A DNA stretch of 64,000 nt, from positions 13,815 through 77,814 of the forward strand of contig CAZNYB010000003.1 of assembly GCA_964577155.1 (NCBI GenBank), written 5' to 3'. The translations under genes were made by a program, and so were the position numbers. The DNA is from an uncultured Thermomicrobiales bacterium. Its GTDB lineage: Bacteria; Chloroflexota; Chloroflexia; Thermomicrobiales; CFX8. This document shows positions 46,686-55,849 of this stretch, piece by piece (the stretch's first letter is position 1; each line of letters opens with the position of its first letter). The notes under the pieces are model-generated. The model saw nothing but the letters and a program-made list of their open reading frames with translations, was not told where the DNA came from and did not search any database.

Positions 46686-46694
46686 CCCATGTTT

Positions 46695-47423
46695 CTACTT
46701 TTCCGGGAACGTGTTCCTATCAAACAGGAAGAGCTGCATCACAACAAGCACAAGTAGCATCTCGCTCCCTTCCTGTACCTGTTGCACGAATGAGAGTCGT
46801 CTCCAAGCAGAGGCAGTCATCGCGTAGGGTTCCGTTGGACTGACAAGTTCGTAGTTCTTGGGATTTCCAGAAAGCGCGACTTCATAGCGATCAAGCAGCG
46901 GATTGAATACCGCAATGATAACGACCAACCAGAATGCAGCGATAGCAATCCTATTGCCCGGCAGATGTCTGTACAGCAACCCAAAGAAGATCGCTGTTAT
47001 GAACGCCGCTAGGACCAGAAAAAATACGCCGCCCGGATGAACGAGGAGCAGGTCGGAGAGCGCATAACCAGCACATCCAACACCAAGCAAAGCCCATCGC
47101 AGTCGCTCCCACCGCCTTGATTGTGCGCTACGCAGACAAGCTATCAGACTCGACAGGATGCCGATCGCTGCGGCATACACAGCAGCGAGATTGGCTGACC
47201 CTTCCAGATCAACTTGTTTCGCAAGCCACGCGGGAATCAGGTCAGAAAAATACAGGTTCCCGAGGCTCATGCCGAGTAGCACTGCGAGGATAGAGATCGA
47301 TCCAACGAGTATTTCGTTCCGGCGCTCGCTGCACCATCTCAGCAATCGATCAGCTTTGATCTCCAACCATCCCGTGGAAAAGAATGCGACTTTCTTCGCC
47401 GAGCCCGTTCTGAAGTCAACCAT
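46695..47423 (-). CDS. polytopic membrane protein of unknown function
   Basis: 242-aa ORF with about 6 hydrophobic helices and no recognisable motif. Confidence 0.55.
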   Translation of the reverse strand: MVDFRTGSAKKVAFFSTGWLEIKADRLLRWCSERRNEILVGSISILAVLLGMSLGNLYFSDLIPAWLAKQVDLEGSANLAAVYAAAIGILSSLIACLRSAQSRRWERLRWALLGVGCAGYALSDLLLVHPGGVFFLVLAAFITAIFFGLLYRHLPGNRIAIAAFWLVVIIAVFNPLLDRYEVALSGNPKNYELVSPTEPYAMTASAWRRLSFVQQVQEGSEMLLVLVVMQLFLFDRNTFPEK

Positions 47424-47560
47424 GCTGAGCCAACAGCGCTACACCGGCGGTGTGCACAGGCACATTCCTCATGCATCTCCAATCTTCAGGCATCACGAAC
47501 ACTCTGGAAATTGTTTCAGAGCGGACGGTCAGCTGATTAGAGCGAGCGCAGTGTTTTATC

Positions 47561-47574
47561 TGAATCATCTGTCA
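47561..47574. promoter_or_regulatory. operator-like site F with one arm mismatch: TGAA-TCATCT-GTCA
   Basis: Read directly (ttatcTGAATCATCTGTCAccaa). About 90 nt upstream of the GT2 start at 47664, in a divergent gap. Confidence 0.35.
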
Positions 47575-47663
47575 CCAACACTTCTGCGGCTCGTCCGGGC
47601 CAGATAGGCCAATCCTGGGATGCTGGTATGCGACGGGGTCTGATGTATGGAGGCGTTCCTCAT

Positions 47664-48572
47664 ATGACACGATCATTGGCGCTGATCGTCCTGAACTGGA
47701 ATCGAAAAGACGACACGCTACGCTGTCTGGCTTCTATCGAGCGAAGCAGCTATGCGTCGTTCGACACGATCGTGGTCGACAATGCATCCGTCGATGATTC
47801 GGTTCAAGCCATTCATAAGACTTACCCGCAGGTGCGCATCATCGAGAATCGAGAGAACCTTGGGTATGCAGGTGGGAACAACGTCGGTCTGGAAGCGGCT
47901 CTGACAGACGGCTATGAATTCGTTCTTTTGCTCAACAACGACACCATCGTCGATCCAATGGCGTTAGAGCGTCTCATGAGTCTGGCCAAATGCGAACCGC
48001 AAGCCGGTATCGTTGCGCCTTCAATCTTCTATCTCGACGACCCGCAGCGGGTGTGGTCAGCCGGCGGAACGATTGACTGGCAAAGAGGCGTCGTCGGATC
48101 ATCCTACCTCAATGCGCTCGCGGCAGAACTCCCGAGCAAGCCCTACCACACAGACCATGTAACCGGCTGCTGTCTGTTGCTGCGAGCCGAGGCGCTACGT
48201 AGAGCAGGATTAATCGACCAGCGCTTCTTCCTCTACTTTGAAGAAACTGAGTGGTGCGTCCGCATCGCGAGATCCGGCTACCAGATCTTGGTTGACCCAG
48301 CGGCGCACATTTGGCACGAAATCCACCCTGATGAACAAAGCGGAACTCCCGCTATCGCCTATTACATGACGCGCAACCAGTTGCTCTTCTTCAAACTAGC
48401 TGGCGCGCCGGTCATGACCAGATTGCGCGCGTCCGCCAGACAAGTGCGCACACTGATCAGCCTCTACTTGCGTCCCCATTCCGCCGCCCGCAGGCGTGGT
48501 CGGCGTCCGATGATGCGAGCAATGTGGGATTACATGCTGGGTCACTTCGGTCCGGCTCCGATTGCCTGGTGA
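47664..48572 (+). CDS. GT2 glycosyltransferase (GT-A)
   Basis: LALIVLNWNRKDDTLRCLASI, VVDNASVDDS and LLNNDT motifs. The ATG at 47664 has GGAGG 10 nt upstream. Confidence 0.8.
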   Translation: MTRSLALIVLNWNRKDDTLRCLASIERSSYASFDTIVVDNASVDDSVQAIHKTYPQVRIIENRENLGYAGGNNVGLEAALTDGYEFVLLLNNDTIVDPMALERLMSLAKCEPQAGIVAPSIFYLDDPQRVWSAGGTIDWQRGVVGSSYLNALAAELPSKPYHTDHVTGCCLLLRAEALRRAGLIDQRFFLYFEETEWCVRIARSGYQILVDPAAHIWHEIHPDEQSGTPAIAYYMTRNQLLFFKLAGAPVMTRLRASARQVRTLISLYLRPHSAARRRGRRPMMRAMWDYMLGHFGPAPIAW

Positions 48573-48577
48573 ACGCA

Positions 48578-49765
48578 ATGACAACGAAGAGACTTCGCAT
48601 AGGAATCGACGCGCGCTATCTCTCGCATGGCCTGGTTGGCGGGGTGCACACCTACGTCCGCAACCTTGCGAACGCCCTGATCGAGTCGGATGCGCCCATT
48701 GACTATGATCTCTGGATCGATGACAAGTGTCCATATGATGCCGGAGCACTGCCCGTTGGATCGCAAACGCGGATTCTCTCCTGGAGGAGCCCGCTCAGCA
48801 GTCTTCGCCACGATTGGCGGCTGGGGATGCTCATGCGCCGAGCCGGAGCTGATGTAGTGCACTTTCCGGCAAACTATGGCAATATGCCGCCCGGTGTTCC
48901 CACTGTTCTGACGCTCCACGACGCGATCAACATTCTGCCTTACCTGGAGATCGTACGGGGTCATGAGAAACGGCCCCGCGCGCTGCTCACCATGAGCTAT
49001 CTTCACCTTATGACGCGTTGGGCCGTCCAGCAGCAACCACTTGTCATTACCGTCAGCCAGCACGCACGCCGGGAGATTTTGCGGCACTCGGACCTAAAGC
49101 CTGAGCGCGTGCAGGTGGTCTATTCGGCGGCGGACGCGATCTTCCGGAAGCTGGCCTGGGGAGAACGTGTCGCAGAGCAGGAGCGCCTCCAGCTGCGAGA
49201 ACGCGTTCTTCTAGCCGATGCGATCAAGAATCCCCAGACAACGCTCCAGTCCTATCGACGCCTGCCCAATGACCTGCGTGCGAAGACAAGTCTGATATTC
49301 TTTTCGCGACGTGAGCCAGGCGCAGACGTAACCGCAGCCGCCAGAAACGGGGAATGCATAGTCATCCGACGACCCTCTACCGGCTACCTGGTGAAGCTGT
49401 ACAATCTTGCCGATATCTTTGTGTTTCCGTCCTATATCGAAGGTTTTGGACTGCCGGTGCTAGAAGCAATGAGCTGCGGCACCCCCGTCGTGGCGTCCGG
49501 AGCTGGATCGCTTCCGGAAATCGTCGATGGCGGCGGCTGTATCATCCCCGACCCCGACGATCATGCACACTTCACGAAGGTGCTAACTGATCTTCTGTCC
49601 AATTCAGAAAGACGAGCACACTTATCCGAGCTGGCCCTGGAGCGATCGGCGGCATTCTCCTGGCGACACACCGCGGCCGAAACGCAAGCAGCTTATATTC
49701 GCGCAATCGAATCATCGCGCAAAACCAGGGCTCGTGCCAGCAAACACTCAACCGCACCCGTCTAA
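48578..49765 (+). CDS. glycosyltransferase family 4 (GT-B fold)
   Basis: MTTKRLRIGIDARYL N-terminus and IFVFPSYIEGFGLPVLEAMSCGTPVVASGAGSLPEIV core. Confidence 0.8.
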   Translation: MTTKRLRIGIDARYLSHGLVGGVHTYVRNLANALIESDAPIDYDLWIDDKCPYDAGALPVGSQTRILSWRSPLSSLRHDWRLGMLMRRAGADVVHFPANYGNMPPGVPTVLTLHDAINILPYLEIVRGHEKRPRALLTMSYLHLMTRWAVQQQPLVITVSQHARREILRHSDLKPERVQVVYSAADAIFRKLAWGERVAEQERLQLRERVLLADAIKNPQTTLQSYRRLPNDLRAKTSLIFFSRREPGADVTAAARNGECIVIRRPSTGYLVKLYNLADIFVFPSYIEGFGLPVLEAMSCGTPVVASGAGSLPEIVDGGGCIIPDPDDHAHFTKVLTDLLSNSERRAHLSELALERSAAFSWRHTAAETQAAYIRAIESSRKTRARASKHSTAPV

Positions 49766-51960
49766 CGAGAAGCGGCTGGAATGGCGACGTAGTACAGCGC
49801 CTGATCGTCAAAGAGCCCGTCGTCATTCAGATCTTCGTCGAAGAAAACCAGGTCAATATAGTCTTCCGCTGGCGTTGAGAATGCTCCCGCCCAGCGGAAA
49901 ACAGCAGACCCATCGGCCTCGATTTTGATCAACTGCTGCCAGGCGCTCCAACCGGACGCGTTGCCATACATAACATTCATACCTTCCGGTGGATGGAATT
50001 CGTCGTGCCCCGAAACAATGAAGGTTCCGTCAGCGTATATGCCCAACCCGGGGGCGTGCGTAAAGTAGTCACCGCCTACCGGTATATCCTCCCAGACGTC
50101 GCTGCGTAGGGATCGCAGTCTCAAGAATGACCCGGAATCAACATAGAGAATGTAGGGGACGCCGCCCGGTGTTATGAGACAGGAGGGTCCCTGGTCGATA
50201 CTTTCCGGACCAAGAACATCATCAGCGACGATGTCAGGAGCCGACCAGCCTTGACCGCTGTCGCGCGTTGCGATAATCAGGTTCAGGGTTGCGTCATAGC
50301 CAGCCAGATACCAGGTTCCATCAGGCCCAAGCGCCAGGACAGGATGCCAGACGAATGATCCTTCCTGTCGCAAAGGTTCGCCAGGCGCGGACCAGTGATT
50401 TTCAGAACGTTCACGCACTCGGATCTGAGTATGATTTCCGATGACAACGTAAGCGATGCGGATATTGCCTTGCAGATCAAGAGCAATGCTCGCACCCCCC
50501 TGCCCCGCTTCTCCACCGAAACCGTCGAGGCCGGTATCGTCGACGCGTTCGGCGTCGGTAGCCCATGACGACGTCGCGAGATCGAAACTCCTGTAATAGA
50601 TTGGAACACCCGGTTGACCCCGATCTACCCAGATGACATGCAACCGCTGGTTGCTGTCAAGCGCGGCGTCTGCCATGACGATTTCACCACCGCCTGACGC
50701 ACTCTCGATGATCCCGGACTCGACAAGGTCGAATGCCACCGGAACTCCCGGCGTCGTGGCGCGATACATGACCAGCCGGCCAGGACCACTGCCAGTGCGT
50801 GGGCGGTTATTGTCGAGCGCCACAATCCAAAGACGATCATCGGCGTCCCTCACGACAGATCTCATCCAGGCGTCGACTGCGCCATCTCCAACAGTTACGA
50901 GCTCGATTTGCGAAGGAGTGTGCGGTACATCGGTGACAGTAGGCTCCGGCGGTGGTGTCGCTGAAGGGATTGCGGTCGGTTCAGGAATTGTCGTCGTTGG
51001 AGTCGGAGCCGGTGACTCTGCCGTGCCGTAGAGCCACTCATAGTAGTGGAGACCGACATTGCCTGATTCCACCTTCCAGCCGGCCGGGTTACTCGGCGTA
51101 TAGGTCAGCACTCGCCGCTCAAATGCCTGGAATAGGATGAATTGATCCACCCCGCCAAGCCGCGCGTTAACCCAGTATGCCTCGGTTAGCGGGTAACCGG
51201 TTGCAAAAAAGGGAGAACTGAACAAATGCTCATCTTGAAGTTCCCCATCGACGAGCACTGGCCCGGTCGCATTCATAAACTCCCAAAAGACGCTGGCTAC
51301 ATGATGATCGATACCAGGCACCGTCACTCGATACGCGGCGTAAACACCCTGTTCCGCGAGAGATGAGTCTTCCACGACCTTCCCCGCCTGTGACACCAGT
51401 GCGATGATTGCGCCCCCATCGCTTCCTGCAGGGAGGGCGATGAGGTTACTTAGCGCGGCGTAGGTGGGGACACCGGCGCTACTGCGATCGCCAGCAACAG
51501 GAATCGAGGCAGCATCCCGCGCTTCGAACTCATTGTCTCCAATCTGTCTCCTTCCAGTCATTAGCTCAACGACCAGCAGACCATTTGTGACATACCAGGA
51601 GCTCTCAGGATCGTTATCCGGATGAGTCAACTCCATCCGGCTCTTGTCGAAGTAGCGCACCTCTCGCCGACCTTCCGACGCGTCAGCGTAAGGCTCCACC
51701 AGTTCGATCGCGCTTGCCTGTGGCCCCCAGATCCAGGTGCGGCTCACCGCGCCGTTCGCAACCGGCCTATCGGTTCGCTCCCAGATTGCGTCGAACGGCT
51801 GGACCGTGGCAACAGCCTGCGCGGCTACGGACTGCGGGGATTGTTCTCTTGTACACGATGATCCCATGAGAGTCGCACAGACGAGACATATTTGAACGAT
51901 TGACGCTAGCCGAATATGTCCGGTCCGACAACTCCGGTCTGGTTCAGTCAAACACTTCAT
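49762..51960 (-). CDS. secreted (possibly lipo-)protein: N-terminal domain, Pro/Thr linker, C-terminal propeller-like repeat domain
   Basis: Signal-like ASIVQICLVCATLMGSSC, linker APTPTTTIPEPTAIPSATPPPEPTVTDVPHTPS, and repeated strand-rich blades ending in W-S-x-P-type motifs (HWSAPGEPL, GWSAPDIV, GWSAWQQL). Confidence 0.6.
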   Translation of the reverse strand: MKCLTEPDRSCRTGHIRLASIVQICLVCATLMGSSCTREQSPQSVAAQAVATVQPFDAIWERTDRPVANGAVSRTWIWGPQASAIELVEPYADASEGRREVRYFDKSRMELTHPDNDPESSWYVTNGLLVVELMTGRRQIGDNEFEARDAASIPVAGDRSSAGVPTYAALSNLIALPAGSDGGAIIALVSQAGKVVEDSSLAEQGVYAAYRVTVPGIDHHVASVFWEFMNATGPVLVDGELQDEHLFSSPFFATGYPLTEAYWVNARLGGVDQFILFQAFERRVLTYTPSNPAGWKVESGNVGLHYYEWLYGTAESPAPTPTTTIPEPTAIPSATPPPEPTVTDVPHTPSQIELVTVGDGAVDAWMRSVVRDADDRLWIVALDNNRPRTGSGPGRLVMYRATTPGVPVAFDLVESGIIESASGGGEIVMADAALDSNQRLHVIWVDRGQPGVPIYYRSFDLATSSWATDAERVDDTGLDGFGGEAGQGGASIALDLQGNIRIAYVVIGNHTQIRVRERSENHWSAPGEPLRQEGSFVWHPVLALGPDGTWYLAGYDATLNLIIATRDSGQGWSAPDIVADDVLGPESIDQGPSCLITPGGVPYILYVDSGSFLRLRSLRSDVWEDIPVGGDYFTHAPGLGIYADGTFIVSGHDEFHPPEGMNVMYGNASGWSAWQQLIKIEADGSAVFRWAGAFSTPAEDYIDLVFFDEDLNDDGLFDDQALYYVAIPAASR

Positions 51961-52057
51961 CTCCAGATGCTCCTATCGGCTCTGGCGCAAATCTGAGTCC
52001 GAACTAAGGTATATCCGACTCATTCGCCATCCCGGGGAGCACGGTTCAGCCAACGGC

Positions 52058-52071
52058 TGACGGTATTGTCA
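52058..52071. promoter_or_regulatory. operator-like site E: TGAC-GGTATT-GTCA
   Basis: Read directly (acggcTGACGGTATTGTCAgtac). Lies in the 200-bp divergent gap between 49762..51960 (-) and the acetyltransferase gene (+). Confidence 0.5.
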
Positions 52072-52160
52072 GTACCGACGCCGTCGGTGAGCGGTTGGAG
52101 AGTGGGAGTCGATTCGTAGATTGGGGGAGAGATTGATCGAGATGGATCGGGAGCAAGAAA

Positions 52161-52769
52161 TTGACAGCAACATTGACAGACCGTAGACAGAGCACAGTAG
52201 CACCGAACCCACCAAGTATCCACGAGACGGCAGATGTTTCAACGTCTGCCATCATAGGAAGCGGTGTCAAGATCTGGCACGACGTGCAGGTGCGTGAGAA
52301 CGCTCAGATTGGCGCAAACTGCATCATAGGCAAAGGCGCTTACATCGACGCCAATGTAGTAATCGGCACAAATTGCAAAATTCAGAACTACGCGCTTATC
52401 TACAGTGGCGCTTCGCTTGGGAATGGCGTTTTCATTGGTCCTGCGGCGATTCTCACAAATGACCGCTATCCACGCGCGGTCACCTCGGATGGAGAACTCA
52501 AACAGGCGGATGACTGGGATCATGGAACGATCGTGATCGAGGACGGTGCAGCAATCGGCGCCGGCGCGGTCCTGGTCACGAACATCACCGTCGGCAGATT
52601 CGCAACCGTCGGAGCGGGGTCTGTCGTAACTCATGATGTGCCCGCGCATGCGTTGATGATTGGCAGTCCTGCGTACCAGTGTGGCTGGGTCTGCCGCTGT
52701 GGCCGGCCGATGACCGTCGATGTGACTTGCCCGACATGCGGCGACTCAATAGAGAGAGTGCGAACATGA
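52161..52769 (+). CDS. hexapeptide-repeat N-acetyltransferase, WbpD/WlbB-like (3-amino-sugar nucleotide N-acetyltransferase candidate)
   Basis: IHETADVSTSAIIGSGVKIWHDVQVRENAQIGANCIIGKGAYID and IGAGAVLVTNITVGRFATVGAGSVVTHDVPAHALMIGSPA resemble the WbpD family. TTG start is uncertain (52161 or 52173). Confidence 0.7.
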   Translation: MTATLTDRRQSTVAPNPPSIHETADVSTSAIIGSGVKIWHDVQVRENAQIGANCIIGKGAYIDANVVIGTNCKIQNYALIYSGASLGNGVFIGPAAILTNDRYPRAVTSDGELKQADDWDHGTIVIEDGAAIGAGAVLVTNITVGRFATVGAGSVVTHDVPAHALMIGSPAYQCGWVCRCGRPMTVDVTCPTCGDSIERVRT

Positions 52770-53863
52770 TTCCGATGGCGCGACCCCTCATAGGAGAAGC
52801 AGAAGTTGAAGCTGTTACAGCCGTGCTGCGTTCCGGACAACTCACGCAGGGCGATACGGTGAGAGAATTCGAGGATGCCTTCGCAAAGCTATGCGCGGTC
52901 GAGCACGCTATCGCGACCACGTCAGGCACAACAGCTCTCCATCTGGCGCTGCTCGCCCACGGCATCGGACCTGGGGATGAAGTCATTACGACGGCCTTCT
53001 CGTTCATCGCGAGTGCCAATGCGGCGCTCTATGTCGGTGCACGGCCAGTGTTCGCCGACATCGATCCAACTACCTTCAATATCGATCCGGACGATATCGA
53101 GCATCGCATCACACCTCGCACAAAAGCGATCTTGCCTGTGCATCTGTACGGCAATCCAGCTGATATCGGGAAATTGGTGGAAATCGCGCGGAAACACAAT
53201 TTAATTCTTATCGAAGACGCCTGCCAGGCACATGGAGCAACCTGGCGAGGCCAACCTGTTGGCTCCTTCGGCACCGGCTGCTTCTCATTCTATCCGACGA
53301 AGAATGTCACGAGCGGCGAAGGCGGTATTATCACTACCAATGATGCGGTGATTGCTGAGCGTGCACGGCTCCTTCGATCACATGGTATGCCGCAACGATA
53401 CTATCACGAGATCCTCGGCTATAATTTTCGGCTGAGCAATATTCACGCCGCGATCGGGCTCACCCAGCTTTCACGGATAGAAGACTGGACTCGCAAGCGG
53501 CAATCGAATGCCGAGATACTGGAAAACCTCTTGCGAGGACTAGATATCTCTTTTCAGTCTGTATTGCCGGATGCAGTGCACGTCTATCATCAGTTTACGG
53601 TTCGTATTCCGAAGCTGCGAGATCGAGTAGCCGAATGTTTGAAGGTTCGCAACGTTGGATGTGAAATCTACTATCCGATTCCCATTCACATGCAGGCCGT
53701 GTATCTCAATATTGGCTACGATGTCCATTTACCTGAAACTGAAAAGGCAACTCTCGAAGTACTCTCACTTCCGGTTCACCCATCTTTGGAAAGGCACGAA
53801 CTAGCGACCATTGCACTCGCCGTTAGCGACGCGATCAACCAGACGTCACTGGTCACACATTAA
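52766..53863 (+). CDS. DegT/DnrJ/EryC1/StrS family PLP-dependent sugar aminotransferase (WbpE/WlbC-like)
   Basis: MIPMARPLIGEAEVEAV N-terminus and FSFYPTKNVTSGEGG (Schiff-base Lys present). ATGA overlap with the acetyltransferase gene. Confidence 0.85.
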   Translation: MIPMARPLIGEAEVEAVTAVLRSGQLTQGDTVREFEDAFAKLCAVEHAIATTSGTTALHLALLAHGIGPGDEVITTAFSFIASANAALYVGARPVFADIDPTTFNIDPDDIEHRITPRTKAILPVHLYGNPADIGKLVEIARKHNLILIEDACQAHGATWRGQPVGSFGTGCFSFYPTKNVTSGEGGIITTNDAVIAERARLLRSHGMPQRYYHEILGYNFRLSNIHAAIGLTQLSRIEDWTRKRQSNAEILENLLRGLDISFQSVLPDAVHVYHQFTVRIPKLRDRVAECLKVRNVGCEIYYPIPIHMQAVYLNIGYDVHLPETEKATLEVLSLPVHPSLERHELATIALAVSDAINQTSLVTH

Positions 53864-53877
53864 TCAATAGATCTTGC

Positions 53878-53922
53878 GAGAGCCTGTCGGCACACCTGCG
53901 CCAGGCGGGCTCTCTTGGGTTT
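53878..53922 (+). terminator. rho-independent terminator candidate
   Basis: GAGAGCC ... GGCTCTC stem followed by TTGGGTTT, 15 nt after the aminotransferase stop. Confidence 0.5.
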
Positions 53923-54044
53923 ACCTTATCGTGTACTATCTTACGGCGAGTTCTGTGGAACCAAATTGTTTGTCGTTGGAAACTAACTCATCCGGCGTCG
54001 CAAAGCAATGGATCACAATCTCAAGTCGTTAGATACCATGCCGT

Positions 54045-54989
54045 TTGAGCCATTCAGGCGTACCGGGAATCACGTGTAAAGCATCTTTGAGGTACAGGCG
54101 AGTATCGATCAGGACGATCGTCTTTGCATGTGCGACGGCCTTCTTGGCACTAGTAGGCTATGTGATCTTCTGCTTGACCTCATTGCAGGTCACGAAGTTG
54201 AACGTGACGGTGCCGGACCTTCCGACAGATCTCAATGGCTCCAGATTGTCCCTCCTCAGTGACTTTCACCTCGGTCGCTTCGGGACTTCCCAAAGAGTCA
54301 TCGCCCAAGCCATCGATGCCGCTGGCAGGTTCAACGCGGACATAACACTACTTGCGGGTGATTACATTGATGCCAGACATTCGACCGCATATGCAGACCT
54401 GCTCCATCGCCTTAGCGAGCACAGAAATTTGATAGCCGTCCTTGGAAATCATGACTACGCACGAGGAACGGCACATCTCAGCAAGACACTCTCAATCCTT
54501 GGGTCCATTGGAAGTCAGGTGCTGCGCAACGAAGCCCTGAGGGTTGGGCTGCGCTCTTCGACTATCTGGGTCGTCGGACTCGATGATCCCTTCACGCTGC
54601 GAGATGATATTGAAACTGCGAGATCCATCGTACCGGACGATGGTTCCCCAATACTCCTCCTGGCTCATGCACCCGTCATCTCGAAGTTTGGTGATCTTCA
54701 CCGCGTGGCTCTTGTGCTCTGTGGCCACACACACGGTGGTCAAATCCGCATCTTTCCATCGGGCAATGTCCCGGGCAAACGACTCCTTCGTTGGTTGGCA
54801 CGCGAGCGTGGACCTCGACAGGACCCCGATGTGTTTCGAGGCGTTCACACACTTGGCGCCTCAGCGCTGGTAATTTCCAATGGCCTGGGTGTTTCCTTAT
54901 TACCTCTTCGCTTTCGAACACGCCCGCAACTTATACTGATCTCACTTAACAGCCCTGCCGCGACACATCACAATTCCACACCTTCTTGA
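54045..54989 (+). CDS. membrane-anchored calcineurin-like metallophosphoesterase
   Basis: SDFHLG, AGDYID, VLGNHDY and CGHTHGGQI motifs with an N-terminal TM helix. TTG start is uncertain. Confidence 0.75.
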   Translation: MSHSGVPGITCKASLRYRRVSIRTIVFACATAFLALVGYVIFCLTSLQVTKLNVTVPDLPTDLNGSRLSLLSDFHLGRFGTSQRVIAQAIDAAGRFNADITLLAGDYIDARHSTAYADLLHRLSEHRNLIAVLGNHDYARGTAHLSKTLSILGSIGSQVLRNEALRVGLRSSTIWVVGLDDPFTLRDDIETARSIVPDDGSPILLLAHAPVISKFGDLHRVALVLCGHTHGGQIRIFPSGNVPGKRLLRWLARERGPRQDPDVFRGVHTLGASALVISNGLGVSLLPLRFRTRPQLILISLNSPAATHHNSTPS

Positions 54990-55332
54990 ACGCGATTGAC
55001 CTCGATGCTCCGCACGCGATGTCCTGTCAAATGTCCGTCACCAAATAAGTGACGCTCACGCCGCTCAATCGTCGCGCTGTTGCATCTCGTTCGTTGGCTT
55101 CACGTTCCTCATCGTCTGCCAAAGAACCTCCCTTCACCTCTAGACACTCCTTCATTTAATGAAGAGATTAGGTTAGGAAAACGTTTGCAGTGCGTGAAGC
55201 TTATTGATGCTTCCGCCAGTATCTGGCGGCGACCGCCGCACTTCTCTACAATGGCAACAAGGCCGGGTTGGAAATCCAGATTTTCGTAGTGGAGAGCTCG
55301 TCTTCACCACTACAGACAAACCGTAGACTTTT

Positions 55333-55827
55333 ATGACGTTTGGAGAAAGCGAGCCAGCCATGAGCGGCACAATCGAAGGCATCTTCATCACGTTCGCGGC
55401 CAGCCAGCCGATGACCGCCTTGAACGAAGTTCAAGCGATTGCTGGCAAAGGGCTTGAAGGAGATCGCTACTTGCTTGAAACCGGCTTCTACTCAGATGGG
55501 CAGGACGGGCGACAGTTGACCCTGATTGAAGCGGAGGATCTGGAACAGCTTGCCAGGAACTATGACATCGAGCTAACCGCAATCGAGTCGCGACGCAACC
55601 TGCTGACACGGGGCATCTCATTGCCGGCTCTGATTGGCCAGCGCTTTCACGTCGGGGAGGTCGAATGCGAGGGCATCCGGATGTGCCCGCCATGCAACCA
55701 TCTGGAGGAACTGACCCGCCCGGGACCCTTGCGCGGGTTAGCCCGCAGCGGCGGCATCCGGGCGCATGTGCTGAGCGATGGCGTCATTCGAGTAGGTGAT
55801 ACGATCAGCATGCGGGAACCATCCTGA
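55333..55827 (+). CDS. MOSC domain-containing protein
   Basis: GKGLEGDRY and a conserved Cys region (ECEGIRMCPPCNHLEE). 164 aa. Confidence 0.7.
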   Translation: MTFGESEPAMSGTIEGIFITFAASQPMTALNEVQAIAGKGLEGDRYLLETGFYSDGQDGRQLTLIEAEDLEQLARNYDIELTAIESRRNLLTRGISLPALIGQRFHVGEVECEGIRMCPPCNHLEELTRPGPLRGLARSGGIRAHVLSDGVIRVGDTISMREPS

Positions 55828-55849
55828 AAACAAGAGAAGGGGCCGGCAG

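Noticed and set aside
52161-52190. Three GACAG repeats (TTGACAGCAACATTGACAGACCGTAGACAG) spaced 11-12 nt apart at the 5' end of the WbpD-like gene.
   Set aside because: They overlap the only available in-frame start codons (TTG at 52161 and 52173), so they are probably coding or ribosome-binding context. The resemblance to the TGAC half-site may be chance. I kept only the perfect palindrome E upstream.
55060-55190. 42-codon minus-strand ORF (MKECLEVKGGSLADDEEREANERDATARRLSGVSVTYLVTDI) in the gap before the MOSC gene.
   Set aside because: No ribosome-binding site or motif recognised, and the charged low-complexity sequence is likely chance.
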